DNA of 63,357 bases, the filler included, from Octopus bimaculoides (Eukaryota), in NCBI RefSeq assembly GCF_001194135.2. It is 6 parts of 6 records of this genome, joined end to end, with 100 filler letters (N's around TTAATTAATTAA, not from the genome) between each part and the next. Parts side by side here need not be neighbours in the genome. Positions count along the whole stretch, not along the records: positions 1 to 26,292 come from NC_068991.1; 5 more parts are not named here. The stretch is one strand, 5' to 3'. The notes under the pieces were generated by a model. That model did not search any database and had not been told where the DNA came from. It saw only the letters and a program-made list of their open reading frames with translations. Numbering within the stretch: the stretch's first letter is position 1; every line of letters begins with the position of its first letter. This document shows positions 1 to 12,000 of this stretch, in pieces. A program made the translations under genes and the position numbers.

Positions 1-370
1 TATATATAATGTTTAATATATCTATGTAGAAATACACATAAGTAATCTTGCTGCGCCCAGTAATCACACACGTCCGAATATCGGACTGAGCACAACAATC
101 GCCATTATATATGCATGTATGTATGTATGTATGTATGTATGTATGCATGTATGTATGTTTGCATGCATGCATGGGTGGGTAGTGGACGTTTCGCGATAGA
201 CATCCATGCAGTTTACGTCAACCAAATTCCCTCATGAAACATTGGTTGATTTGGGTCTGTAGCAGTTGCTGTACTAAGGGGCTGAGCGGTAAGACTAATC
301 AAAAAGCCGTATAGCTGTGTGTGTGTATGTGTGTGTGTGTGTTTGTGTATGTCTGTGTGTATGTGTGTGT

Positions 371-409
<39 letters not shown>

Positions 410-424
410 TGTGTGTGTGTGTGC

Positions 425-625
425 GTGTCTTTCTTTGTGCCAGTGTTTGTCCCCCGCCATCGTTTGACTACCAGTACTGGTGTCCCTAGCAGCTCGGCAA
501 AAGATATCGAAAGAATAAGTACCAAGCTTTAAAAAAGCACAGGAATCGATTCAATCGACAACAAATTCTTCATGGCGGTGCCCCAGCATGACCGTAGTCG
601 AATGACTTAAAGAAGTAAAAGACAA
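425..625 (+). mobile_element. 3' module of the composite SINE (another copy at 34590-34810)
   Basis: tttgtcccccgccatc...gcaaaaga...aataagtac...ggtgccccagcatg...aagtaaaag. Confidence 0.7.
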
Positions 626-779
626 AAGATAAGAAAAGTTTTTAAAAAGTCGTGAATAGTTCTATAGAAAATATGAAAAATATGGTCATATTCTTGATCT
701 AAGGGAATGTCAAATGATGCTCGTTATGTTGTAATTATTATTCTTGTATTTCGCCTGTCTTTACGTTTTGAGTTCTAAT

Positions 780-915
780 TTCGCCAAGGTCGACTTTGCC
801 TTTCCTCCTTTCGAGGTCGATAAAGTAAGTACCAGTGAAACACTGGGTCGATGTATTCGACTAGTCCCCCCACTCTCTATAATCTCAGGCCTTGTGTATT
901 TAGTAGAAAGGATTA
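780..915 (+). mobile_element. 5'-truncated Deu/Nin SINE
   Basis: aaggtcgactttgcctttcctcctttcgaggtcgataaagtaagtaccag core. Confidence 0.75.
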
Positions 916-1004
916 ATATTCTTGATGCTGCAGTTTGTATTGTTCTCACCTGCGATATTTAATTACAGCTTTTGTAACGCTAAGAGTTTATTATCGCAGC
1001 TACT

Positions 1005-1142
1005 GCTGCTGATGTTGATGAACATGATCATGTTGTTGATGACGATGAGAACGGCAAAAAACCACGATGTTTATGATGGTGATGATGATGGTAATGATGA
1101 TGATGATGATGATGCTGATGACGACGATGATGATCAATGACC

Positions 1143-1183
<41 letters not shown>

Positions 1184-1205
1184 TACTACGACGATGATGG
1201 TGATG
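1005..1205. repeat. (GAT)n microsatellite
   Basis: Direct observation. Confidence 0.95.
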
Positions 1206-1254
1206 CAGAGGATAGGGAGGTGGAAAATCTTGTTTTGACTGCAGTGTTAAACGA

Positions 1255-1530
1255 CTTTGACCTTTCAGTTTGATTACCATTTTCTCGGTGCTATATTGTC
1301 AATCATAATTATTTGACTATTGTCTCAGATTCTCCACACAGTTCCACATAGGGATTCAAATGTCGAAGCAGGTTGAAATCTTTTGTCCAGATCACAAGGT
1401 TTCCGCGTATATTGGAAGAAGCAGAACAACGAAAGAGTTGGCTCAATGCTGTCATGCTAGAGCAACATCAAAGGTAGATACAAGGCATGTAAACTCCTCC
1501 ACCCACAAATAAACACACACAAACATACAT

Positions 1531-1581
<51 letters not shown>

Positions 1582-1855
1582 TGCACATACATACACATAC
1601 GCATACAGATACGCGCACATATTCAGAAATGTCTGCGTGTTCAGAGTGTTGGAGCAGAACTCGCTCTCTTCCCTCCGTGACGTCTACTTGTGAAAACAAC
1701 TTGCTTGTCCTCCTAACAAGATGCTGCATTACTTCTGGACTACTTCGCCAGTGGTCGCCTACACTGATCGATTTGCCATCAAAAGCTATATCGATCTAAA
1801 ATACTGCATTGCAAAGCTTTGATGTTGTCAGTGCAGTAAATTGATTATGAAAGAT
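1255..1855 (+). mobile_element. Highly decayed CR1/L2-like LINE RT remnant, interrupted by about 300 bp
   Basis: Pieces resembling RPISL, GFR..RS.TT.L and YID...KAFDVV..LIMK occur in the expected order across several frameshifts. Confidence 0.35.
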
Positions 1856-2960
1856 TTTTTTTAATGAATTCCTGGAAAAAAAAAATACATAGACGACCTT
1901 GTTAGTTTATGATGAGGGGAGAATTTGTGGTGAGTCGAGTAGTGAATTTTGATTTTTGTTTGATTTTAGTAGGGTGGGGATTATATCATTGATTTACTGA
2001 TTGATTGCTGCCTGTAGTTTATTACAAACAACTGGTTTGTGTTTTGGTTTGATTTGCAGTTCTCACTCTGTGTGTGCNNNNNNNNNNNNNNNNNNNNNNN
2101 NNNNNNNNNNNNNNNNNNNNNNNNNNNNNNNNNNNNNNNNNNNNNNNNNNNNNNNNNNNNNNNNNNNNNNNNNNNNNNNNNNNNNNNNNNNNNNNNNNNN
2201 NNNNNNNNNNNNNNNNNNNNNNNNNNNNNNNNNNNNNNNNNNNNNNNNNNNNNNNNNNNNNNNNNNNNNNNNNNNNNNNNNNNNNNNNNNNNNNNNNNNN
2301 NNNNNNNNNNNNNNNNNNNNNNNNNNNNNNNNNNNNNNNNNNNNNNNNNNNNNNNNNNNNNNNNNNNNNNNNNNNNNNNNNNNNNNNNNNNNNNNNNNNN
2401 NNNNNNNNNNNNNNNNNNNNNNNNNNNNNNNNNNNNNNNNNNNNNNNNNNNNNNNNNNNNNNNNNNNNNNNNNNNNNNNNNNNNNNNNNNNNNNNNNNNN
2501 NNNNNNNNNNNNNNNNNNNNNNNNNNNNNNNNNNNNNNNNNNNNNNNNNNNNNNNNNNNNNNNNNNNNNNNNNNNNNNNNNNNNNNNNNNNNNNNNNNNN
2601 NNNNNNNNNNNNNNNNNNNNNNNNNNNNNNNNNNNNNNNNNNNNNNNNNNNNNNNNNNNNNNNNNNNNNNNNNNNNNNNNNNNNNNNNNNNNNNNNNNNN
2701 NNNNNNNNNNNNNNNNNNNNNNNNNNNNNNNNNNNNNNNNNNNNNNNNNNNNNNNNNNNNNNNNNNNNNNNNNNNNNNNNNNNNNNNNNNNNNNNNNNNN
2801 NNNNNNNNNNNNNNNNNNCACTGTAAATTACATTAGGTTTTCTTTTATCTGGTGTCATAGTCATTTGAGTGCCATGCAGTCCTGGCTCTGTTTCCTAGTT
2901 GAGCCTTTCTGTTTGACCTTTTAAACCTGCGATTCCTGATCGCAATATTTTTTGTATAGG

Positions 2961-3385
2961 AAGGCGGTGAGTTGGCAGAACTGTCAGCACGCTGGGCAAA
3001 ATGCTGAGCGGAATTTCGTTCCTCAGTACGTTCTGAGTTCAAATTCTGCCGAGGTGGACTTTACCTTTCATCCTTTCGGGGTCGATAAAATAAGTACCAG
3101 TTGAACACTGGGGTCGATGTAATCGACTGATCCCCTTCCCCCGAAATTGCTGGCCTTGTGCCAAAATTTGAAACCAATATTTGTTGCATAAGAAGGCAGG
3201 GAAATGGCAGAATCGTTAGCACGCTGGGCTAAATGCATTCGTCTGTCTCACGTTCTGAGTTCAAATTCCACAGGAGTCGACTTTGCTTTTCGATAAAATA
3301 AGTACCATATGAGGACTGGGGTCGACATAATCGACTTATTCCATCCCTCAAGATTACTGGCCTTGTACCAAAATTTGATATCAGC
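2961..3385 (+). mobile_element. Two head-to-tail Deu/Nin-domain tRNA-derived SINEs
   Basis: ggcggtgagttggcagaa...gttctgagttcaaattc (A/B-box-like head) plus gaggtcgactttgcctttcatcctttcggggtcgataaaataagtaccag core. Confidence 0.85.
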
Positions 3386-3959
3386 ATTTGCTATATAAGA
3401 TAAGGCCAGTCTTCATCAGTTAATTATAAACTGCTACGGGCACAGAAAGATAATTAAATTTAAGATTTAACGTAATGATGCAACAGATGAAGTCTACCTA
3501 TAGCATTGATTCATTATAACCTAATGATGTTTAGTGCTTAAGGAGTCATAAATTTACCTTGGGGTAATTGAATATACATGAGGTCAATGTTATCTGGAAC
3601 TTTAACTGAAAACTGATATTTTAAATTTTAAAATAAATTTGTTTTTAAATTTAACACGTTAATTAATACTAAAATTCTTAAAGTGAAAAAATGCATTTAT
3701 CCTATTACCAACTGTTAGTAATTAGTGTGTTGACACCACTTAATAGAACTTTTAATTCCAGTACTATTATGAAAGACAGTGGTAGCTATAACACAATGCT
3801 TCCGGAACACACGTCTGTTATGTTTGGGAGCGTCTTTAGGTTTTTGAAATGATGTTATAAAGAATAAGCTTCAAATACATTTTATAGGTTAATGATTCAG
3901 ATTAGAAATTAAAATTATCAATGAATTATAACAAAAATGATTTTAAAACATAGCACCTT

Positions 3960-4078
3960 TCCCTCAATGTGAATGAGCCAGATAATTAAGCAAACACATA
4001 CACATACACACGCAAACACACATCTATCCAATTATTTTTATGTACGTGTGTATACCTGTGTATATGTACGTATATATG

Positions 4079-4127
<49 letters not shown>

Positions 4128-5770
4128 TTATCAATTGAGGATATAATCATTAACCTGATTATATTACTGGCTAGCGTATAAAAAACGACCATATCGGTAC
4201 AATTAATATCTAAGTATCTAAATGTATAAATATAATTATAATGAAGGGCACATAATTATAATTAAAGGACAAAAATGTTAAACATTTATCGGTATGTATA
4301 TGTATTTTTAGTTTATATATGGTCGTTTTATACTACTTAGGAGTGCAAAGTAATCTTCGTTACAGAGCACAAAGTCTTAAGATATAGGAGTACCCGAAAT
4401 TTGCAAATCTTCTTGCTCATTTCCTCACATTCTCGGTCTTAGGTTATAAATAGAGAAGAAATTTAGAGTGGATTATATGTATTTGACAACTGCTTCTAGC
4501 GTATAGGTGCTGATATTCCAGTGCCCTTAATTATAATTATATTTTGAGAATTATATATATATAATCCAAGAGAGTTAGGGGTTGAGGATCCAACCCACTA
4601 AGGAATAATATCTATCGAATATACTGCTGGGAGGGTACCCAATTATTATTACACTAGTGTTTTTACCAAGTGCAATAAGTGAGTGCGGGTAAAAGGAGGT
4701 TTTACCCTAAATTTATATAGCAATAAGAAAATGGAGGGAATATGAGGTACTCATCAACTTGCAGACACTGTAATCTGTTAATTAATCTGTTTATTTTTCA
4801 ACCAGAAGGACAATAAAGACAATATAGAAACACATATGACACACTATGTCATATCAACAATAAAAATTTCAAATTCAAAAGGACATCTAGTGACCGAAGA
4901 AGGGAAAAATCTTACAGCTGTTTCGGCCTAGCGTTGGCATGCCCCATTCTATCTATATAGCTCCTGTAAGCTGGAGTAATTGGTAGATGAAAAGGATGCA
5001 ATGGGGGTACATGCATGATTTACTAGGCCTCTTCGGAGATTTACAAAATTCAGTTCATGAAGTTTACAAAATTCAAATAAAAATATAAAAATATAAAAGC
5101 ATATAAAAAAACATACAAAAAGCATATAAAAAATCATATAAAGAGTCATGAAAACTCATATATACATGCATATGCATGTATACATTAACACATACAGATA
5201 TGCATGAATACGAAAACATAAATACATGAATACCTATATGTGTGTTCAGATGTACATAGATAAATGGCTGTACATACATACCAAAAGAGTCGAAAGTCAC
5301 TGTTACTATAAATGAGGAGGACCGACACATATACATACCCACCCACACATACATACATACATACATACACATATGTATATATAAATACTCCCATACATAC
5401 ATGATCCCTGGTACATACGTTTTTAGTTGCGTTTGGAAAGGAGTACCGGTGCAGCGGTTCCTATCACTGTATTTTCAGCACAATGTTCAGACCTATATGT
5501 ATATATATATATATTTGTTTATATGCTAAACCTGTGGCGTACGAGCGTGTCAGGCCTGTATGTGATGGAAGGATCTATGTAAAAAGTATTTCTTGAGGAA
5601 TTGTTAAGATAATAATGTGTAGACTTTTTAAACCGTGATGAGATACTCCGTTATTTTTCTGTTTATAAAGAGGATAGGGTCCTGCTAGTAGTGGGTATTT
5701 GGAATCCTGCTGGCATTTGGGGAGGGGTAATTTTTGCTGTTAAGTCCTCTCCTCTAATTGGACATCTATT
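3960..5770 (-). mobile_element. Decayed, probably PLE-derived repeat region
   Basis: Short inverted pair gtataaaa(aa)cgaccatat / atatggtcgttttatac at about 4176-4335. Half-hammerhead GGCC-GAAA-CAGCTG-TA on the minus strand at about 4912-4945. RCPIRGE-like piece near 5750. Confidence 0.3.
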
Positions 5771-5794
5771 GTTAAACAATAGATGTCCAATATA

Positions 5795-6030
5795 TTACGG
5801 GGACATAAACACACCAACATCGGTTGTCAAGTGGTGGTGGGAGACAAACACAGACACACAAACATACACACACACACACATATGTATATAGATACGATGG
5901 GCTTCTTTCAGCTTCCGTCTACCAAATCCACTCACGAGCCGAGGTTATAGTAGAAAACACTTGCCCAAGGTGCCACGCAGTGGGACTGAACCCAGAACCA
6001 TGTGGAAAGCTACTTACCACACAGCCAATC
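5795..6030 (-). mobile_element. Composite SINE (CORE-like head, microsatellite, 3' module); other copies at 16245-16557 (-), 25277-25432 (+ head), 46070-46236 (-)
   Basis: tggctgtgtggtaagtagctt...cagtcccactgcgtggcaccttgggcaagtgttttctactata on the minus strand, then (CA)n, then the gacaaacacagacac module. Confidence 0.8.
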
Positions 6031-6289
6031 CTTTTATACATATTAAAGATGTGGGTGGAAATAGCACAGAAGTAAGTCTGAGACGTTTCCATTTAAGAGG
6101 GAATTTAATGAAAACGATTTTTAAAATTGTATAAAGGAAATATTACCGGTTTCAATGTATCTCATCCTATCAAATATCATTAAAAATTTATAAAAATTTG
6201 AAGTAAAGGTAGTTTATCTTCTGTCTGGTGGGGTCAAGTGCATGTTTGGAAATTTTTCGTTGAAGTCTTCTTTACATGTAGTTTAGAAC

Positions 6290-7143
6290 ACACAAAGAAA
6301 TCTTTGTGTGTACAGCTCCCAAAACTACTGCAGAGCTTAATGACCACCTCGAGAACCCAGTTTCCACAAAAACTGTTCGCAGGGAGCTGCACAATTCCAG
6401 ATTTCACAGGAGGACTGCAATCAGAAAACCACTACTTTCAAAAACAAACATTGTAAAGCGTTTAGAGGGGAGTAAAAACCGACAGAATTGGTCCCTAGAG
6501 CAGTGGAATGTTATTTTCTGGGACGAGTCATCCTTTACCTTATTTCCGACAACCGGCCGAGTATACGTGTGGAGACAACCAAATGAAGCATTTAACCCAG
6601 ATTGCCTTCTTCCAACTGTTAAACATGGAAGAGGATCTGTGATGATCTGGGAGGCTTTATCTTGGAAATCCGCCGGCCTAATGGTTTCCCTTCTTAGAAG
6701 AGTTAATAGTCAACACTATTTAAGCATTTTATCTGATCAAATTCATCCTATGGTTGCGGAACTGTTTCCAGAGGGAAACGCAATCTTTCAGGATAACAAT
6801 GCACCAATTCACACAGCTAAAGTTGTTACTAATGGCACGAGGAGAATTCGAGTGAAGTTGAACATCTTATCTGGCCACCACAGTCCCCAGATCTCAATAT
6901 TATTGAAAATTTATGGTGCAATTTAGAAAACCGAGTAAGGAGTCGATATCCTCACTACAAGAACTGGAAACTATTTTAGCTGAAGAATGGACAAAAATTC
7001 CTTTGGAAACAATTCAAAATTTGTACGAGTCCACACCTTATAGAATTCAAGCTGCAATTACTGCCAAAGGCGGTCCTACCTCATTTTAAAATTAATTTGT
7101 TTGAAATTTTAAGGTGCTTCTATTATTTTGTCCAACCCCTGTA
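6290..7143 (+). mobile_element. Tc1-family DNA transposon, 5'-truncated, frameshifted transposase with right TIR
   Basis: ORF 6306-6926 has a Tc1 HTH (TVRRELH...RTAIRKPLLS), FWDESSF, TVKHGRGSVMIW and FQDNNAPIH. WPPQSPDLNIIENLW follows after a 1-nt deletion. Right TIR ggtgcttctattattttgtccaacccctg at 7113-7141, then TA. Confidence 0.93.
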
Positions 7144-7297
7144 TATATATATATATGAATTTGCACAGCAACTTAACAGGTATGTGTCATCTGGACCGCC
7201 GTAAGCTGCGGTAGTCATCGTGAGAAATCACAAACACATACGCATACATAAACACACGCACACACAAACGTGCACACACACGCACGCACAAAATATG

Positions 7298-7347
<50 letters not shown>

Positions 7348-7872
7348 TGTGTGTGTGAGTAAAATTAAATTTAAAAAAAGGGTTTTGTATGATCGTGTAT
7401 AGAGGAATATATTATTTTATTTAAAAGAGTTCCAACTCTGTCTGTTTTTTATGTTTTTTTTTATATTCTTGTAAAATTTATGTGGGATATAGAATATGGA
7501 ATATATAATATATAATATAAAAAAAGATGGATGGTACAATGAAATGAAGTATTGAATGTCTTATTGAATATATGGAATATGTCTTATTGAATATATGAAA
7601 TATTGAGTCTTCAATATTAAAGGATTAAATNNNNNNNNNNNNNNNNNNNNNNNNNNNNNNNNNNNNNNNNNNNNNNNNNNNNNNNNNNNNNNNNNNNNNN
7701 NNNNNNNNNNNNNNNNNNNNNNNNNNNNNNNNNNNNNNNNNNNNNNNNNNNNNNNNNNNNNNNNNNNNNNNNNNNNNNNNNNNNNNNNNNNNNNNNNNNN
7801 NNNNNNNNNNNNNNNNNNNNNNNNNNNNNNNNNNNNNNNNNNNNNNNNNNNNNNNNNNNNNNNNNNNNNNNN

Positions 7873-7926
<54 letters not shown>

Positions 7927-9005
7927 CATATATTATCCAACAAAACGGACCAGATACAGACCTACATTAAAGAATCTCTCGAAGTAGAAAAATATACTGA
8001 AGAAGCAATTGTTATCCGAACCCTAAATCAGTTATGCAAAACGATAGAAACGGTAATGCTCCAGAAGCCGATACGAAATTCAAAACAGAAGACAACATCA
8101 ATCTGTAACGACAAACTCATTAAATTAAATAACTTGATGGAGAATTCCTATCAAGGTCTGTATCCTTAAATTATTGTGTCTTAGGCCACGGATAAGATTT
8201 TGAAAATCCTTTTGACTAAGAATATAAGGAACATCTATTATGGTGTATATCAGTTGGCACGAATTAAAAGGCAACTATATTTGGAGTCTGTAGTTTTATA
8301 GTAAATGGTTGTCTCTATTTGGTTGTTGATTTTTATTAGTATGTTCAAAAATGGGAATTAATATAAACTGTATTCCCTGGTGCATTGTATACTTTGTCAA
8401 TTCCATTGCGTAGCGTTTTCAATTCATTAAGTTTCAATGCTTCCGTTTCATACACCCAAGCAACACTCAAGATATGTTGACGAAAAAATAATGAAATATA
8501 TTTCAGTTTATTTTCCCTTGGCTTAATGCATGACTAAATGGTCTTAAATCAATTGATGCTCGTAACAAATTTTCATAAAATTGTTAATATTTTCTACTTT
8601 TAATTCTGGTAAAATTCTGAAAAAATTTTCTCCTTTTCTTTTTACTACAAACTTTCTTGTGTAAAAGCTCTTTTAGCTCTTTACCTTTTCAATATTATAT
8701 GTATATATGTATGTATGCATTGTGTATGTGTGTATGTATGTATGTAGGTCATTATTCAGTTTTATTTCAAGGTTTATTGCCAATAAAGAACCACTTTCTA
8801 ACCTAGATCCAAGACTCCTTCAGTGGAATTTCATCAACATCAACAGCGTATGTATGTATGTAGGTCATTATTCAGTTTTATTTCAAGGTTTATTGCCAAT
8901 AAAGAACCACTTTCTAACCTAGATCCAAGACTCCTTCAGNNNNNNNNNNNNNNNNNNNNNNNNNNNNNNNNNNNNNNNNNNNNNNNNNNNNNNNNNNNNN
9001 NNNNT

Positions 9006-12000
9006 ATAACAAAGTAAAGTTGTAAGATACCGCACGACTGGAAATATATATGAAAAAAGGTTTGAAAATGCAATTTTAAAGATGTTTATTCACTTGACCG
9101 GTTTCACTTTTTTAGAAAAAGGTTTTCAAAAGTAAAATGTAAAGCTTTGTATAAGCTTTGTTGTGTTAAGTACTGGTTGTCACAAAAGTATTAAAAAAAC
9201 ATTTTACATTCTTTGATAATAATAAGAAGAAAATGTTAAAAACAGTTTAAAAGAGAGTATTCAACAAAAAGTATTAGAAATTCAATAAAAATCATGTTTG
9301 TTTCGTAGTATATATATAAACAAAAGGAAATATATTTAAGAATTTACAAAAAATTGGAGAGGAACCGACCTGTCTTTTTAACATGTTTGCTCTCTTGTGT
9401 GTAGTTAGGGAGTGTTTGCTATTTTAAGGGATAGTGTGAGGTTGATTGGGGTAGAGGGAAGGAAGAGCAATGTAGAATTAAAAGGATTTATTTGTTTCTG
9501 GGCTAGTCTGTCATGGTTCAGTGATTTTTGGGACTGGTCTTAGAGGTCAGAATAGTGTGAGTGTGTGTGTCTCTGTGCACGACTCTAAGTGTGTGTGTAT
9601 ATATATACATGTGTTTGTGGACCGTTTTTGATTGATCCCAGAGTTTATTATGGCGTGTGTATATGGGTCTTTGTGTGTTTATATTTGGTAGGATGGTGTG
9701 TGTATATGTGTGCACGTTTGTGTGTGTATGTGTGTGATTAATATTTGTTAGGGTGTTGTGTGCGCGCATGTATGTATATGTTTGTTCTCGTGTGTGTATG
9801 TGTGCGTCTGTGGGTGCGTGTGTATGTATGTTTGTGTTTTTGTGTTGGTGTGAATGTTATGTGTGTGTACGTTGGTGTGTGTACATGTGAGTGTGTGTGC
9901 GTGTCTCTGTCTGAGTATGTTTGTGTTTTCATAATTGTCGTGGCGGTGTGTGTATGTGTGTGATTGGTATTTGTCAGGGTGTTGTGTGTGAGCATGTGTG
10001 TGTGTGTATATATGTGTGCATAAATGTACGTGTTTGTGTGGGTTGTGTTGTATTTGTGTGTTTGTGTGTGTGTCTGTGTTTGTGTGAATGTGATTTGTAA
10101 TTATAGGGGCAGGGTGTAGGTGTGTGCATGTACGTGTTTACGTATGTGTATGTGTGTGTGAGTGTTGGTTATGGTTGCAAGATTCGTATTGCAAGTATGT
10201 GTTTTTTTCTTGGAATGCGTGTGGGTTTGTGCTCTAGTGTGAGGATATTGTGATTGTGCGCGTGTGTATATGTATGTGTGTGTGTTTGCGTCGGAGGTTT
10301 GCATTGTATTTGTGTGTGTGTGTGATTTTGTGCATCTGTGTGTGTTTGTTTTGGGTGTTACCGGGGGGGGGGGTTTAGAGCATGTTGAGTCGTGGTCTGT
10401 ATTTATTCGTGTTTGGTCAGTGGTGTTGTCCGGGCATTGATACAGTGGGAAAACTAAGAATTTGGGGGATTTGTTTTGTGCACAAAGATCTAATGGCCCA
10501 CTAAATGATATCTTTCTTGTGGTAGGATCCCTCAATTGTTGGTGGTGCACTGTCATCCTTTTTCTGAGGGTTAGGCTCGTTTGCCCTATGTAATATTTGT
10601 GGTACCCTTCACACCTTATGGCATAAAGTAAATTCTTTGATGCACAGGTGAAGTTATTCTTTATGACAAAAGTGTATCCTGACTGGAATTTGTATGTTGT
10701 TCCTTCAATAAGGTAGATGCAATCCTGCAGTTGGAACGACCACATTTTTTGACGGTAGGTGGTGGGCTGGTGGGCTTCTGTTGGGTAATTTTGCATTGGT
10801 GAGTAGGTTTTTTAGGGATTTGGGTTGTCGTTTGCCTTTAATTATTTTATGGGTTCCGAGTACTTTTTTTAGACGTGGGTCTTGATTCATCTGTGAGATG
10901 TTCTTGTATATAATTGTGTAAGCTTCTGCATTTCTTGGATTGTGTGTTGAGAGATATGGGAGACTATTTAATGTACCGTGTGTTTCGGTTTACGCAAGTC
11001 TTGGGTAACAATTGTCTTGGCCCGTTCTGTTCCATTGTCAACTAATGATGCTGGGTAATGTCTTTCGAGAAGAATTGCCTGTAGTTCTTGGAGTCTTTTA
11101 TTTCGTGTTCTATAATTTGAGACAATTGTACAGATTCTTCTCGCTAGGTTGAAGGGAATGGTTGTCTTCGTGTGCTTTTAGGGACTGGAGGTGAATAGAA
11201 TGTATTGTTTGGAATCAGTTGGTTTGTAGTGGATATCAGTTTCAATGTTGGTACCTTTTTTATGATGAGAATGTCAAGAAAAGGAAGTTGGTCTTGACTA
11301 TATTCCATTGTAAATTGGATATGGTTGTTGACACTGTTGATTAAGTTTTTGAAATTAATGAGTTGGTCGAGTGTGTGGGACCATAGGATGAGGCAATCAT
11401 CTAAGTAGTGTTTCCAATTCTCCAACAGCTATTTGTGGAAAGACAGGCCGTATTTAGATTTGAATTCTTCATAGATTTGTAATTCTAGGTAGGCCATCAC
11501 CAGGTTTGCATAAGTAAGGGCAACTTTAGTAACCATTGCAGTCCCTGATACCTGTCTGTAGGTGTTATTATTAAAATTCAAAAAGTTGTTTTGGAAGATA
11601 AACTTAAGGCCCTCGATAACGAATTCTTTTTTATTCTTTCCGGGACCTCATTGGGGTATTTTCCTAGCCAGCATTTTGTTGTGGGATCGTAGTGTAAAGG
11701 TTTATTACATCAAAGTAGACAATGAAAATGTCTTTATTGGTATATTTGGGGAGATGATTTAGTAGGTCTAGGTCATCTCTTACAATATTTGGTATGTGTT
11801 TAAATATTGGTTTCAAGAGGATATCGATAAAGTTGCTTAATCTGTGTGTTTCGCAGTTTGGGCCTGCCACAATTGGTCTCAGTTTGAGATCAGTGGGATG
11901 TGGTACAGTGATGCAGGTTGAAGTGGACTTTTTGCAAGCTTCGGTGATAATTTTGCTCTTGTGGATTTTTGGAAGCCTATAGAGGGTGCTGGTTTTGCAA

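Noticed and set aside
295-532. THTH/VCVC/YIYI/ERER/LSIY ORFs throughout the track
   Set aside because: They are translations of di- and tetranucleotide microsatellites.
2001-2924. Long ORFs spanning N runs (also 7561, 25392, 32285, 33801, 38026, 41792, 50909 regions)
   Set aside because: They are open only because N codons contain no stops.
8733-8939. 116-bp exact tandem duplication
   Set aside because: The second copy runs straight into an N gap, typical of an unmerged contig overlap. It is also far too short and regular to be a CRISPR array.
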